A DNA stretch of 64,000 nt from a virus. Shown piece after piece: positions 10,658-19,082 of this stretch. The stretch lies in IMG/VR virus record IMGVR_UViG_3300037247_001358, positions 5,344 to 69,343 of that record. One strand, written 5' to 3'. The notes below the pieces were generated by a model. That model saw nothing but the letters and a program-made list of their open reading frames with translations, made no database searches and was not told the DNA's origin. Both the position numbers and the translations under genes were made by a program. How positions within the stretch are numbered: position 1 is the stretch's first letter; each line of letters begins with the position of its first letter.

Positions 10658-10901
10658 GCTTAAGCTCCGTTATCTTGCGGATGGCGGAACGGGGGATGAA
10701 TGTCGCGCAGCCATAGTCCTTTGAGACGCTGCTCCCACTATTGCCACGGGACTCCACCACAACGAGTCCCCGATCATCGTCCTGCGTGACGTAGCCGACA
10801 CTGCGAATCTGCCAAGCCTGAGTGGGCAGATCGTCGGCGCTGCTCCAGGCGTGCCTAGTCAACGTGTCCTCCCACTCCACCTCCACGATGCGCTCAGCCA
10901 C
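10650..10901 (-). CDS. small conserved phage protein (VEWxD...SVGY type)
   Basis: IVEVEWED...IRSVGYV...IPRSAIRKI pattern common in small phage proteins. Confidence 0.7.
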   Translation of the reverse strand: MAERIVEVEWEDTLTRHAWSSADDLPTQAWQIRSVGYVTQDDDRGLVVVESRGNSGSSVSKDYGCATFIPRSAIRKITELKRG

Positions 10902-10904
10902 AGT

Positions 10905-11712
10905 CTACACGTCCCTCACGATCAGATCGAATCCCGCGCTCACGTCCATGTTCGCGGGGGTTCCCCGCCCCATCACCTTGAGGATCGCCGGTCCCGGTAT
11001 CTTCCAGCAGGGGTTGAAGGGGTGGTGAACGTAGCCCTTGCCTAGACTCTTCAGCCCGAACGTATGCTTGGTGAGGAAGTTCGTCAGTTCGGCGTCGGGC
11101 TCGGGATTCTCCAGGAGGTAGAATGTCGGCTGCCCCCTCCGTCCCCTTGTTCAGGCTAGCCCAGTAGGCTGTCATGTAGGCGGCTTGCGTGGAGGGGATG
11201 CCATAGATCGCCATCTGAGTCTGGCCCTGCCCAGCGTAGATTTCAGCGGTTACCGTTCCATCTGTTTGAGCCGTGGCCGTGATGTTACCGACGTTGACGC
11301 TCGTAGCTCCCTTGGTGAGCACCATCATTCGATGGATGATGACGTAGGCGTTGACGGTGGGGACGTTGGTCGTGCCGTTCAGAACGATGTCCTCGGACAC
11401 CTCGGCCGTATCCCAATCCGTCAGGCCAAAGACTCGTAGCGTCCTCGCCCCCACACCAGCAGGGTCGCCATCGTCGCCAGCGTCGGTAGAGACGATGTCG
11501 TGAATCCGCGCCTGTGTAGGAGCGACCCAGAGGGCCTCATCTTGCACCGTGTTCGCCATGTCCCAGATGTCTGTAGGGGCAGCGTCCACGTTGTTCGCCC
11601 GCCCGAACTTGTTCACCGTCCGGTAGCCGGAGATGTGCCCGTCTACTAGGTGGCATTGCATCAACTCTTCCAGCCCCCAGAGACGCGGATCAGGATCAAA
11701 CTCGTGGACCAT
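10905..11712 (-). pseudogene. beta-sandwich virion-type protein interrupted by a +1 frameshift near 11122
   Basis: Frame 0 has family-like motifs (VNKFG, LNGTT.V, NVG.IT, GQTQMAIY); plausible C-terminus (LLENPEP...VSAGFDLIV*) lies in the +1 frame, ending at 10905. Confidence 0.6.
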
Positions 11713-13481
11713 CAGCGCAACCACCCGTGCGGCATGTCTTCAACAGGGCCACGGCTGAGGACGACGCCATGCTCCCCCGTCACGATCACCTCCGGCTGGC
11801 GCTGATCCTGCTCCGTCCGGTGACGGGCGAAGCGCTGTGAGAGGAAGGTGGCGCCGGCGGCGGCGATGACGAGGTCGTCGTACTTCCTCTTCTGGGCCTT
11901 CGCCTTGATCTGACCGCCCCGCACCTTCTCCCACGAGAAGCTCCCCATCTCCTTGACAAGCTCGGCATCACGGGTCAGGAAGGTGCGCTCGAAGACCGCC
12001 TCGCGGAAGACGCGCAGCATCTCGTCACGGCGCGACTGGCTTGGATAGATCCAGGGCTCCGGTGTCTTGCGGGGCTGGTCGTAGTCGACGTGGTAATAGA
12101 TGTTCGGGTAGCGCAGGTCGCGGCAACGCTCCAGCGCCGCCGAACCGTATGTCCCACGCTCCCCACCGAGCAAGGCACCGTTGTAATACTGAGCGACGGC
12201 ACACGCCATCGCGCCACACTCCGAGGGGGTCGCCCTGAGCCTCAGCGTTGCGGCGTGGTGGCGGGTGAAGGCGTTGAGCACAACCAGCGCCGTGTAGTCG
12301 TTCTCCCTCCCAACACCACCCTCGGCGCAGTCCATATAGGCAACATAGAGCTGGGCGGGGTCAGGACGTTCCCAGATGCTCAGGTGGGGGCCGTAGAACG
12401 AGATGTTAGCCTCCTTGTAGGGAAGACCGTCGAGACGGAAGGCAGGGTCGGCGACCTGGCTCTTGAAGTAGGCGAGGTGGTCGACATCCCCTTGCCCCGC
12501 AAAGTAGTTACCCTCTCCGGTGAGAAAACTCGTATCGAAATCCTCAACATACTCCTGGGTGAAGGGCACGCCGGTCTTCAGCAACTCACGCTCGCGCCAG
12601 CGGCGCCAGAGGATCTGATCGGTGGTGAGGCCGTGCTGCTCCATCAGGAACTGCTCGTGGCGGCCGGCCCGGAAGCTCAGGCGGAGGTTCTCCAATTCCC
12701 CCGGCGACAGTTGCAGGTCACAGTCCTTCTCACCGAGCAGCCCAGCACGATAACGGGGCTCGATCCACCACGAGTAGAAATGGAGCCGCCAGCGATTGAG
12801 CGGATCGGTCTCGTCGCGGGCGTCGATGCAGTAGTCGTAGAACTCCCCCGCCGCACCGTTCGGTGTCGACTCCATATCGAACCAGCCGTCCGGCGGACCA
12901 GGGACGGCAGGGATAATCCCACCGAGCAGCGCGCCCGCGTTCTCCGGCTTCCAGTGAGAGGTCTCACTGGCATGGACGATCTGGGCCGAGTATGAGCGCC
13001 CTGTGACGCGCTCCTCGGCACTGGCAAAGATGATGTGGTTCTGCATCTCCCACCCAATCACCATCTCGTCCTTGTTGTCAGCGGCAAGCGGGTAGTCGAG
13101 TCCGTGGTTGCGGAGGTCCTGAAGATGATGGCGGATCCGGTCACGGAAGAGCATAGTCGTCGGATCGTCCTGTGTGATGATCAGCGCCTTGAGACCGAAA
13201 CTGGTCGTCAGGCGGCGGAGGTTACGGGCGATGATGAGGGATGAGGCCCTTGTCTGTCGCCCCTTGATGGTGACGTCGCGGCCGGCGTGCTCGGCGAGCA
13301 TGAGGCGCTGCTGGGGGTAAAGATTGAAGTCGACGACCACCCCACGCTCATTGGGGATCGTCAGCAGAGATTCAATCCACTCACCAGTCTTCGAGGGATC
13401 GAAGAGCAAAGTGTGAAGATCCGAATCGGGATCCAGTTCCCGATCGGCGCGCTCCGCTGGCAGCTTGGTGGGGATCTGCAC
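11712..13481 (-). CDS. terL: terminase large subunit
   Basis: Walker A-like KGRQTRASS, Walker B VHASE, coupling motif ESTPNG, RNase H-like nuclease motifs DCAEG/DYTA/DDLV; GTG start at 13481 with GGAGG SD. Confidence 0.9.
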   Translation of the reverse strand: MQIPTKLPAERADRELDPDSDLHTLLFDPSKTGEWIESLLTIPNERGVVVDFNLYPQQRLMLAEHAGRDVTIKGRQTRASSLIIARNLRRLTTSFGLKALIITQDDPTTMLFRDRIRHHLQDLRNHGLDYPLAADNKDEMVIGWEMQNHIIFASAEERVTGRSYSAQIVHASETSHWKPENAGALLGGIIPAVPGPPDGWFDMESTPNGAAGEFYDYCIDARDETDPLNRWRLHFYSWWIEPRYRAGLLGEKDCDLQLSPGELENLRLSFRAGRHEQFLMEQHGLTTDQILWRRWRERELLKTGVPFTQEYVEDFDTSFLTGEGNYFAGQGDVDHLAYFKSQVADPAFRLDGLPYKEANISFYGPHLSIWERPDPAQLYVAYMDCAEGGVGRENDYTALVVLNAFTRHHAATLRLRATPSECGAMACAVAQYYNGALLGGERGTYGSAALERCRDLRYPNIYYHVDYDQPRKTPEPWIYPSQSRRDEMLRVFREAVFERTFLTRDAELVKEMGSFSWEKVRGGQIKAKAQKRKYDDLVIAAAGATFLSQRFARHRTEQDQRQPEVIVTGEHGVVLSRGPVEDMPHGWLR

Positions 13482-13488
13482 CAGAGGG

Positions 13489-13956
13489 TTACCTCCCAGC
13501 GAAGCCCTTGAAGAACCCACCGGCCCCCTTCAGCAGGCGCTTACGGGCAGCCCGGATAGCCTCACTCGTACGTGTCCCGCGAAGACCTGGCACATCAGGG
13601 TAGAGGGTAGCCAGAGATTCCATGAGCACCTTCCGCGTTACCGCACCCGCTTGACCGGCGGAGCCGCGCCCCTTCGCAGATTCCTGCGCTCGAGCCTCCT
13701 TGGCTATTTCGCGGAGCCGCACCCCCGCCGCTTGGAACGTGATCCCCTCCTTCGCGGCGATCCGACGAGCGGCGCTTGCCGTAGCGCGGATACGCTTGGC
13801 GGCGATCGGGGCCTTCACGCTCGGAGGCAGGGGTACGAACGTCGGTGCGAAGGCCGCGCTGAGTTGGCTCAACGTCGGCCCTGGTGCCGCCTGTTGCCGT
13901 CGTGCCAACTCCTGGCGGACTTTCCGCCTAAAGGCTTGAGCAGTCTTGACAGCCAT
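13489..13956 (-). CDS. highly basic Ala/Arg/Lys-rich protein
   Basis: 155 aa, strong SD, very few acidic residues. Confidence 0.7.
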   Translation of the reverse strand: MAVKTAQAFRRKVRQELARRQQAAPGPTLSQLSAAFAPTFVPLPPSVKAPIAAKRIRATASAARRIAAKEGITFQAAGVRLREIAKEARAQESAKGRGSAGQAGAVTRKVLMESLATLYPDVPGLRGTRTSEAIRAARKRLLKGAGGFFKGFAGR

Positions 13957-13968
13957 ATCGATCTCCTC

Positions 13969-14208
13969 CTAGAGTCCTTGAGTCAACCGCTGGCGCATCT
14001 CAGCCAGCCGTCGGCGCATCTCGTCTGTCGGCATCCCCTTCGGCGGGACGGAGATCGGTGGTAGCGACTGTTGGGGGCGGCGCCGTCTGACCCTACGGAT
14101 GGGCTGCCGCCTAGGCGAGCCGAAGAACCCAGCGGGGACGCTCTCCCGTCTCCCCGACCTACGGATGCGGCGGGCGGGCTGCCCAATGTCGGTAACGAAG
14201 AAGGACAT
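13969..14208 (-). CDS. small Arg-rich protein
   Basis: 79 aa, stop/start overlap with upstream gene. Confidence 0.65.
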   Translation of the reverse strand: MSFFVTDIGQPARRIRRSGRRESVPAGFFGSPRRQPIRRVRRRRPQQSLPPISVPPKGMPTDEMRRRLAEMRQRLTQGL

Positions 14209-14417
14209 TACGCCGCCTTCCTCTGCCGCAACTTGCCCAGCGTGCGGGCCAGGGCGATCTGCTTGAGGGTGCGGGTGTCGCCCCGTTTCTTCGCGGCGCG
14301 CTCCAGGCTGGCGAGTTTCTCCGCAGAGATCTTGCCGTCACCGCTAGGCTTGAGACCCGCCTTCTTCCGCAATGCCCCAGGCCTGCGGATTGCCTCCTGG
14401 ATGAACTTCCTAGCCAT
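14208..14417 (-). CDS. small basic phage protein (IQ.AI..PGAL family)
   Basis: FIQEAIRRPGALR...LARTL pattern recalled from small basic proteins of environmental phages. Confidence 0.7.
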   Translation of the reverse strand: MARKFIQEAIRRPGALRKKAGLKPSGDGKISAEKLASLERAAKKRGDTRTLKQIALARTLGKLRQRKAA

Positions 14418-14604
14418 GAAGCTCTACCTCCGACTCGGGATCCGACGATGGGATGTCCAGCCTCTCATCGAAGCGATAAATGTCCGGCTTGACTTGGACT
14501 CGCCGACGGCCACCCAACTTCAGAGCAGCATTCAAAGCTTCAAAAATAGTTGTGAAGTCGCCACTACCATCGGCGGCCACGATGTAGTCATATTTGGTTA
14601 TCAC
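14410..14604 (-). CDS. 64-aa protein resembling the N-terminal cap of pectinesterase-like beta-helices
   Basis: IVAADGSGDFTTIFEALNA...VQVKPDIY matches the VAxDGSGDFxTIQxAI...IxxGxY cap motif. Confidence 0.6.
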   Translation of the reverse strand: MITKYDYIVAADGSGDFTTIFEALNAALKLGGRRRVQVKPDIYRFDERLDIPSSDPESEVELHG

Positions 14605-14825
14605 GCAGCCCTCCTCTTCACCGGGCGGCCCTCACAGCGGGCGTGCATGAACTTCCGCTGGCGGTCACTATCGAACTCGCCCTCGCTCACGATCTTGCAG
14701 GCTTTGGCCTGGGAGATCACTTTCTTACGGCTCCGGCGGGCTTTCTTCGCTGCACCCTTAGCGGCCACACTTCGCCTTTTGTTCTTCTCCGGCACCTCAC
14801 CGGCGGTGAGGAGGTTGCCAGCCAT
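14601..14825 (-). CDS. small Lys/Arg-rich protein
   Basis: ORF overlapping next gene; start uncertain. Confidence 0.6.
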   Translation of the reverse strand: MAGNLLTAGEVPEKNKRRSVAAKGAAKKARRSRKKVISQAKACKIVSEGEFDSDRQRKFMHARCEGRPVKRRAA

Positions 14826-14991
14826 CAGCATAGGCCCCCGTCCAAAAGCGCCAGCTCTCACACCAACCGTCCCAGGTAAAGATCATCGGCTTCCAGTAGC
14901 GCCACGAGGACTGTCCCCAGTGGGGGGTGAGGAGATACCTGAGCCATCCCCACCAACCCGCCGTCGCGTAATGGGCACTACCAACCATCAT
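14797..14991 (-). CDS. Trp-rich small protein (11 W in 64 aa)
   Basis: ATG overlapping upstream stop; MMVGSAHYATAGWWGWLRY... Confidence 0.5.
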   Translation of the reverse strand: MMVGSAHYATAGWWGWLRYLLTPHWGQSSWRYWKPMIFTWDGWCESWRFWTGAYADGWQPPHRR

Positions 14992-15308
14992 ATCCCGCCA
15001 CGTTGCTCCGAGATGGCCGCCGAGAGCTGGCACTCGCGCTCGTTGAGCTTCCTACGCTCGACCGCCCGGTCCATCTCCTCCACCGAGGTCCGGCGCTCGC
15101 CGATCGGCGTCGGCCGCTGCATCGCCTTGAAGTCCTCGCCCATCATTGCGCTCAGGCGGTCACGCACCTCGTTCAGGTCGCGGATGAGGCCGTCAAGGAC
15201 GTCGGTGTTGTCCTGGTCGTGGACTTGAGGATCGACCACCTGCGGTTCAGGCGGGAGGGCGGTAGTCGGCGTAACGGCGGAACCTCCGCCCCCGTAGTGG
15301 TGCGGCAT
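14988..15308 (-). CDS. hypothetical protein, first gene of the packaging operon
   Basis: AAGGAGG SD, directly after promoter. Confidence 0.7.
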   Translation of the reverse strand: MPHHYGGGGSAVTPTTALPPEPQVVDPQVHDQDNTDVLDGLIRDLNEVRDRLSAMMGEDFKAMQRPTPIGERRTSVEEMDRAVERRKLNERECQLSAAISEQRGGI

Positions 15309-15334
15309 GGCGGCGCCTCCTTCCTAATCCGATC

Positions 15335-15364
15335 ATCTTAGTCCTCGACTACGGCGCCTGTCAA
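15335..15364 (-). promoter_or_regulatory. promoter TTGACA-18-TAAGAT for packaging/virion operon
   Basis: Plus strand atctta 15335-40 and tgtcaa 15359-64. Confidence 0.65.
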
Positions 15365-15485
15365 GTTGTACGATGGGGCCGACGATGGAGGCGTTACGGG
15401 AGTTTTGGGAGTTCATGGGCTACCTGGACACCGCCGCCGGTGTGATCGCCTTGGCCTGGGCAACCTGGCTGTGGAGGAGGGCACC

Positions 15486-15746
15486 GTGACGGAAGATCTC
15501 TACGGCACGCTCGAGGAGTTCCAGGCGCTCACGACCAAGCAGGAGCGGGACCGCTGGCGGCCGCTCTACCGGCTGCTGACACGCAAGGAGAAAGCACTCC
15601 GCACCGCCAAGGAAGAACTAGCAGACAAGAAAGCCCGCCTGGACGCACGGGCGCAGTACGCATTGGTAAAGGAGATGCTGGCGGCGGCTCCTATCCTAGC
15701 GCCCACCCCACTGCGGTTGCCAGCAAAACGAAAGCGGGGATCCTAG
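15486..15746 (+). CDS. hypothetical coiled-coil protein
   Basis: GTG start with GGAGGAGG SD. Confidence 0.6.
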   Translation: MTEDLYGTLEEFQALTTKQERDRWRPLYRLLTRKEKALRTAKEELADKKARLDARAQYALVKEMLAAAPILAPTPLRLPAKRKRGS

Positions 15747-16270
15747 CGCCGGGTCTCCAGCTTGCGCCGAAATCTCTGCAATGCTCGCCGCTTCTCTTTG
15801 GTAGCCTTAGTAACGCGAGCGGGCGCCAAACCTGAAACTTTCTTCTGTTTCGCCGGCTCCTGCGCCGCAATAATCACATGCTCCTGCTTAAACGTGAGCC
15901 CTTTCGGGGCTAGTACCTGGTGGGTAATTTCGTGACGGGCTAGTTGTTCCCCCCGAGTCCCGATAAGCCGAGAATACCCACCCCGCCAATATGATCCAGC
16001 TACAAAACCCGTCCTTGCGTGCCTGTACCCCTCCCTAGCCCGAAACGCCGCGCCAGTCTGGGCTGGGAAGCCCGCAGCCCCAGGCGCCCCGGACACCGGA
16101 CGAACAATCTGCAAACCAGCAGTAAAGCCCGCCTTCTTTAAGATCGCCCGTTCCGACGTTGGGAGGCTCGCAATATGCGCCTTCTGCTTAGCGGCAAACG
16201 CCCGACGACGCTGCTCAGGAGTCCCGATCAGTCGGATCTTCGCTTTTTTGGACAACTGGGGTTTTGCCAT
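15743..16270 (-). CDS. basic protein with HExxH motif (paralog 1)
   Basis: RHEITHQV...G....EHVII inside a Lys/Arg-rich protein. Confidence 0.65.
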   Translation of the reverse strand: MAKPQLSKKAKIRLIGTPEQRRRAFAAKQKAHIASLPTSERAILKKAGFTAGLQIVRPVSGAPGAAGFPAQTGAAFRAREGYRHARTGFVAGSYWRGGYSRLIGTRGEQLARHEITHQVLAPKGLTFKQEHVIIAAQEPAKQKKVSGLAPARVTKATKEKRRALQRFRRKLETRR

Positions 16271-16818
16271 TAGCTCCCTCTTCGGATCCCCCGCTTGGCC
16301 TCTCGGAGCTGAGCCCGGCGGCGCTTCGTCTCCGACGTACCCCCGAAACGAATGGCGGCGCGGGTCGGCTCCAGAAGGCGGAAACTCACGCCTTCTTTCC
16401 GCGAAACTCGGGCTTTAGCGATGATGGGCTCGTGCTCTTTGGAGGGGACGCCCCGGATGTTCATCACCTGATGGGCCAGCTCGTGGCGCACGGTGGCCGG
16501 GACGTTCCTGGCTCTCAACGAGATCTTGGCCGCCCGCTCCGGCTTCGCCCCCAGCGCCCACAGGAGCAGGCGGGCCGGCTTCGGCAGATCCGGTTCTCTG
16601 AAGGTCGAAAGGCCTACCCGTGTCTCTGGTTTCCCCATCTTCCCTATCCCCGTCCCAAGTTGGGAGACCACCCGGACCTGGGGGAGTTTACCGGCGATCT
16701 TCTTCTGGCTGGGAGTAAGTTCACGGGGGACGATCTGCTGCTGGAGGGACGTCACCTCACGCTGGCGCTTTCTCAACGCCTCACGGATCCTCTTCGGCCG
16801 GAGCTGGCCTATTGGCAT
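16270..16818 (-). CDS. basic protein with HExxH motif (paralog 2)
   Basis: RHELAHQV...G....EHEPII; stop/start overlap with paralog 1. Confidence 0.65.
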   Translation of the reverse strand: MPIGQLRPKRIREALRKRQREVTSLQQQIVPRELTPSQKKIAGKLPQVRVVSQLGTGIGKMGKPETRVGLSTFREPDLPKPARLLLWALGAKPERAAKISLRARNVPATVRHELAHQVMNIRGVPSKEHEPIIAKARVSRKEGVSFRLLEPTRAAIRFGGTSETKRRRAQLREAKRGIRRGS

Positions 16819-17059
16819 CGTAATCCTCTACACTATACACCGGCATGAGCAAAATGCACAACGAGCGACGGCGAGGAGGACGACGGCGGTCACAGGCTAC
16901 TGCTTGAACATCCTTGGCAGCGGAAGCACGCGAAGACCCCACGTTCTCCCGACCAAGTACAGTCCGGGGTTTGAAAACCGTGCTGCCCCAGTTGGAGACG
17001 CCCACCATAGCGGCCCCCAAAGGTGTGTCATTGGTGTGCTTGCCATCTCTCCCTCCAGT

Positions 17060-17075
17060 TGCGTCAGACTTGTCT
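17060..17075 (-). promoter_or_regulatory. operator-like box AGACA-N4-TGACGCA
   Basis: tgcgtcagacttgtct, identical to 17859-17874; just downstream of a minus-strand extended -10 (TGT-TATACT, 17084-17092). Confidence 0.6.
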
Positions 17076-17197
17076 CCTGTTGTAGTATAACACAGCGGAG
17101 CGGTCAGAGTCGGTAACGGGGCCGACTGTGTTCCTTACACTGAGGCTATCCGCCAAAAGAGGGGGCTCTGCCCGCTCCGCACTCTGGAGTAACGCCG

Positions 17198-17431
17198 TTG
17201 AGCAAGACGCACAACTGCCAGATCCCCGGCTGCGAGACGGTCATCCGCGTCCGCTTCCTTTTCTGTCACGAGCATTGGGAGAAGCTCTCTCACTCCCTCA
17301 AGGACGCGGTGAACGACGAGTACCGCCTCTGGCAGGAGGTGGGCCAGGAGCAGCCGACGGTCCGTTACAAGGAAGTGGCGCAGGCGGCGATCAACCACGT
17401 CGACAAGAGGGAGGAGGCCGAGAAAGCATGA
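17198..17431 (+). CDS. small Cys/His (zinc-binding-like) phage protein
   Basis: HNCQIPGC...FCHEHW motif; TTG start with GGAG SD. Confidence 0.7.
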   Translation: MSKTHNCQIPGCETVIRVRFLFCHEHWEKLSHSLKDAVNDEYRLWQEVGQEQPTVRYKEVAQAAINHVDKREEAEKA

Positions 17432-17471
17432 GACCGGGGACGAAGAGGCTCCCACCCACCGGCTCCTCCTC

Positions 17472-17651
17472 TCAATTCCGTCCCCGAAACGGCCTCCCGA
17501 GCCCGTCCCCCAGCTTGCGCTGCCAGATCCGCCGCATCTCACGCTGGACTTCCTTCCAGGAGAGCCCCGCCACCTCGGCAAGGCTCCGGTCGCTGATATA
17601 AGGACGGACACGAGGATCCAGGAGACGCCTCAGCAGTTTCTCATCCCTCAA
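17472..17651 (-). CDS. small HTH-like protein
   Basis: SDRSLAEVAGLSWKEV helix-turn-helix-like segment; TTG start overlapping upstream stop. Confidence 0.5.
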   Translation of the reverse strand: MRDEKLLRRLLDPRVRPYISDRSLAEVAGLSWKEVQREMRRIWQRKLGDGLGRPFRGRN

Positions 17652-17842
17652 GCCTGCTCGTCCTTGTCCAGCAGCGCCTTCGCCCGCTTCAACGCCCCAT
17701 CCGCGATCTCCCGCGCCAGAGCCCCCGCCTCGTAGGCCGGGGTCGGCTGGTTCTCCACAGCCAGCTTGTTGATCTGCACCGCCATCGAGGCAATATGTAT
17801 CAACTCCACCGCTTTCTCCGTATCCGTCGGTTCTCCGCTCAT
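17648..17842 (-). CDS. hypothetical protein
   Basis: GAGGAGG SD. Confidence 0.65.
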   Translation of the reverse strand: MSGEPTDTEKAVELIHIASMAVQINKLAVENQPTPAYEAGALAREIADGALKRAKALLDKDEQA

Positions 17843-17858
17843 CGTCTCCTCCTCTCAA

Positions 17859-17874
17859 TGCGTCAGACTTGTCT
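17859..17874 (-). promoter_or_regulatory. operator-like box AGACA-N4-TGACGCA
   Basis: tgcgtcagacttgtct in divergent intergenic region. Confidence 0.6.
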
Positions 17875-17903
17875 CCCAATCAGCTTACCACAACCCCCGC
17901 CAG

Positions 17904-17918
17904 CGTGCTATAATCCCC
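17904..17918 (+). promoter_or_regulatory. extended -10 promoter (TG-C-TATAAT) for tad1
   Basis: cgtgctataatcccc, repeated exactly at 18342-18356. Confidence 0.65.
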
Positions 17919-17954
17919 GCATCCCGCTGAGGCGTCACACGAAAGGAGGACAAA

Positions 17955-18281
17955 ATGTCCGAAATCACCTACGACGCAGACCGAGACCTCGGAACCATCA
18001 AACTCCTGGATCCCATCCCGGGCACCACGGCCGTCCCCATTCTCCAGGAGATCCAGTTCCAGCACGGCCCTGTGGGGGAGAACGGCGTCAACGGGGTCCA
18101 GAACGAGGACGTCCTGAAGCTGCTCGCCATGAGGCTACGGGGCCTGAACTCGTCCTTCCCCTGCCGGGAGAACAGCATCGCCATCACGAAGATCGAGGAA
18201 GCCCTGCTCTGGCTCGAGCACAGGACAGCCATCCGGGTGGAGCAGGGCGTCGAAGGGAAGAACGAGGCCCACACCTCGTAG
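17955..18281 (+). CDS. tad1: Tad1-family anti-defence cyclic-nucleotide sponge (anti-Thoeris/anti-CBASS)
   Basis: IQFQHGP...GVQNEDVL...RL......FPCRENSIAITKIEEALLWLEHRT..R...GVEG matches recalled Tad1 consensus IKFQKG...GV...DLL...RL..FQ...F.SRENA.ALT..EEALMW...R...R...V.G. Confidence 0.85.
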   Translation: MSEITYDADRDLGTIKLLDPIPGTTAVPILQEIQFQHGPVGENGVNGVQNEDVLKLLAMRLRGLNSSFPCRENSIAITKIEEALLWLEHRTAIRVEQGVEGKNEAHTS

Positions 18282-18307
18282 CACGCGAGCAGCCTCAGCG
18301 GGCACCT

Positions 18308-18341
18308 GCCGACGCTTCTCACGGGGCGTCGGCTCTCTTTT
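18308..18341 (+). terminator. intrinsic terminator after tad1
   Basis: gccgacgc...gcgtcggc stem followed by tctctttt. Confidence 0.65.
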
Positions 18342-18401
18342 CGTGCTATAATCCCCCTCGGGCCTGGAGCCACCGAGCCCGGAGCCACGAAAGGAGCCAA
18401 C

Positions 18402-18671
18402 ATGGAACCAAAGCACTTCCTCCTCCGTGTCTGGTCGGTAAAGCAAGACCGCGCAGGGCCAGACGTACACGAACCAGTCCCTCCAACATGGGAAGTTCGA
18501 GCCGATACCGGTCCGGGATTGGAGCAGGCGTCCCTTTTCTACCATGAGAGCGACCCACGCAACCTTCCCAAGCCCGGCTACCTTATCCATATAACCGTCG
18601 ATGAGTGTCTTGTTCGATCAGATGGTCGGCCGACCGTCGAAGATGCCCCTCTAACGGAACCCGAGTCGTAG
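18402..18671 (+). CDS. hypothetical protein with its own promoter
   Basis: Extended -10 at 18344-18352, AAGGAG SD. Confidence 0.65.
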   Translation: MEPKHFLLRVWSVKQDRAGPDVHEPVPPTWEVRADTGPGLEQASLFYHESDPRNLPKPGYLIHITVDECLVRSDGRPTVEDAPLTEPES

Positions 18672-18915
18672 GGCTTCGCCGGCTCCAGGCCCTACTTCTC
18701 CTCCCTACTTGACAATAAGAGACCTGCTTACATCTACGGTTTTAATGAACCCCGGGGATTTTGGCTCTTCCCGACCCGTTTTCTTTACATAACGATACCC
18801 TTTTTCCAATTTTTCCTCTTGCCACGAGAGGGTTCAAAGCAGGGATCCGTGGTGTGTCGTAGGGAACGTCGCCGTTGCGTAAGGATGGTAGCGGGGTAAG
18901 GTACGGGTAAGGTGG

Positions 18916-18965
18916 CGCTCCGCTTCGCTCCGCGCTGCATCGTTCCGCTCCGCTGCGCTCCGCTC
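18916..18965. repeat. degenerate pentanucleotide tandem repeat (CGCTC)x10
   Basis: CGCTC CGCTT CGCTC CGCGC TGCAT CGTTC CGCTC CGCTG CGCTC CGCTC in a non-coding region. Confidence 0.75.
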
Positions 18966-19082
18966 TCGGTTGAAAGGATAGTAACGTATGTATGTGCCCG
19001 CGTGTGCGCGTACTGAGCGGGGGCAAAGAGATGACCCCTACGCAGTAGGGGCCTCTCGGGTTCGCGGCGGTTGTCGTCGATG

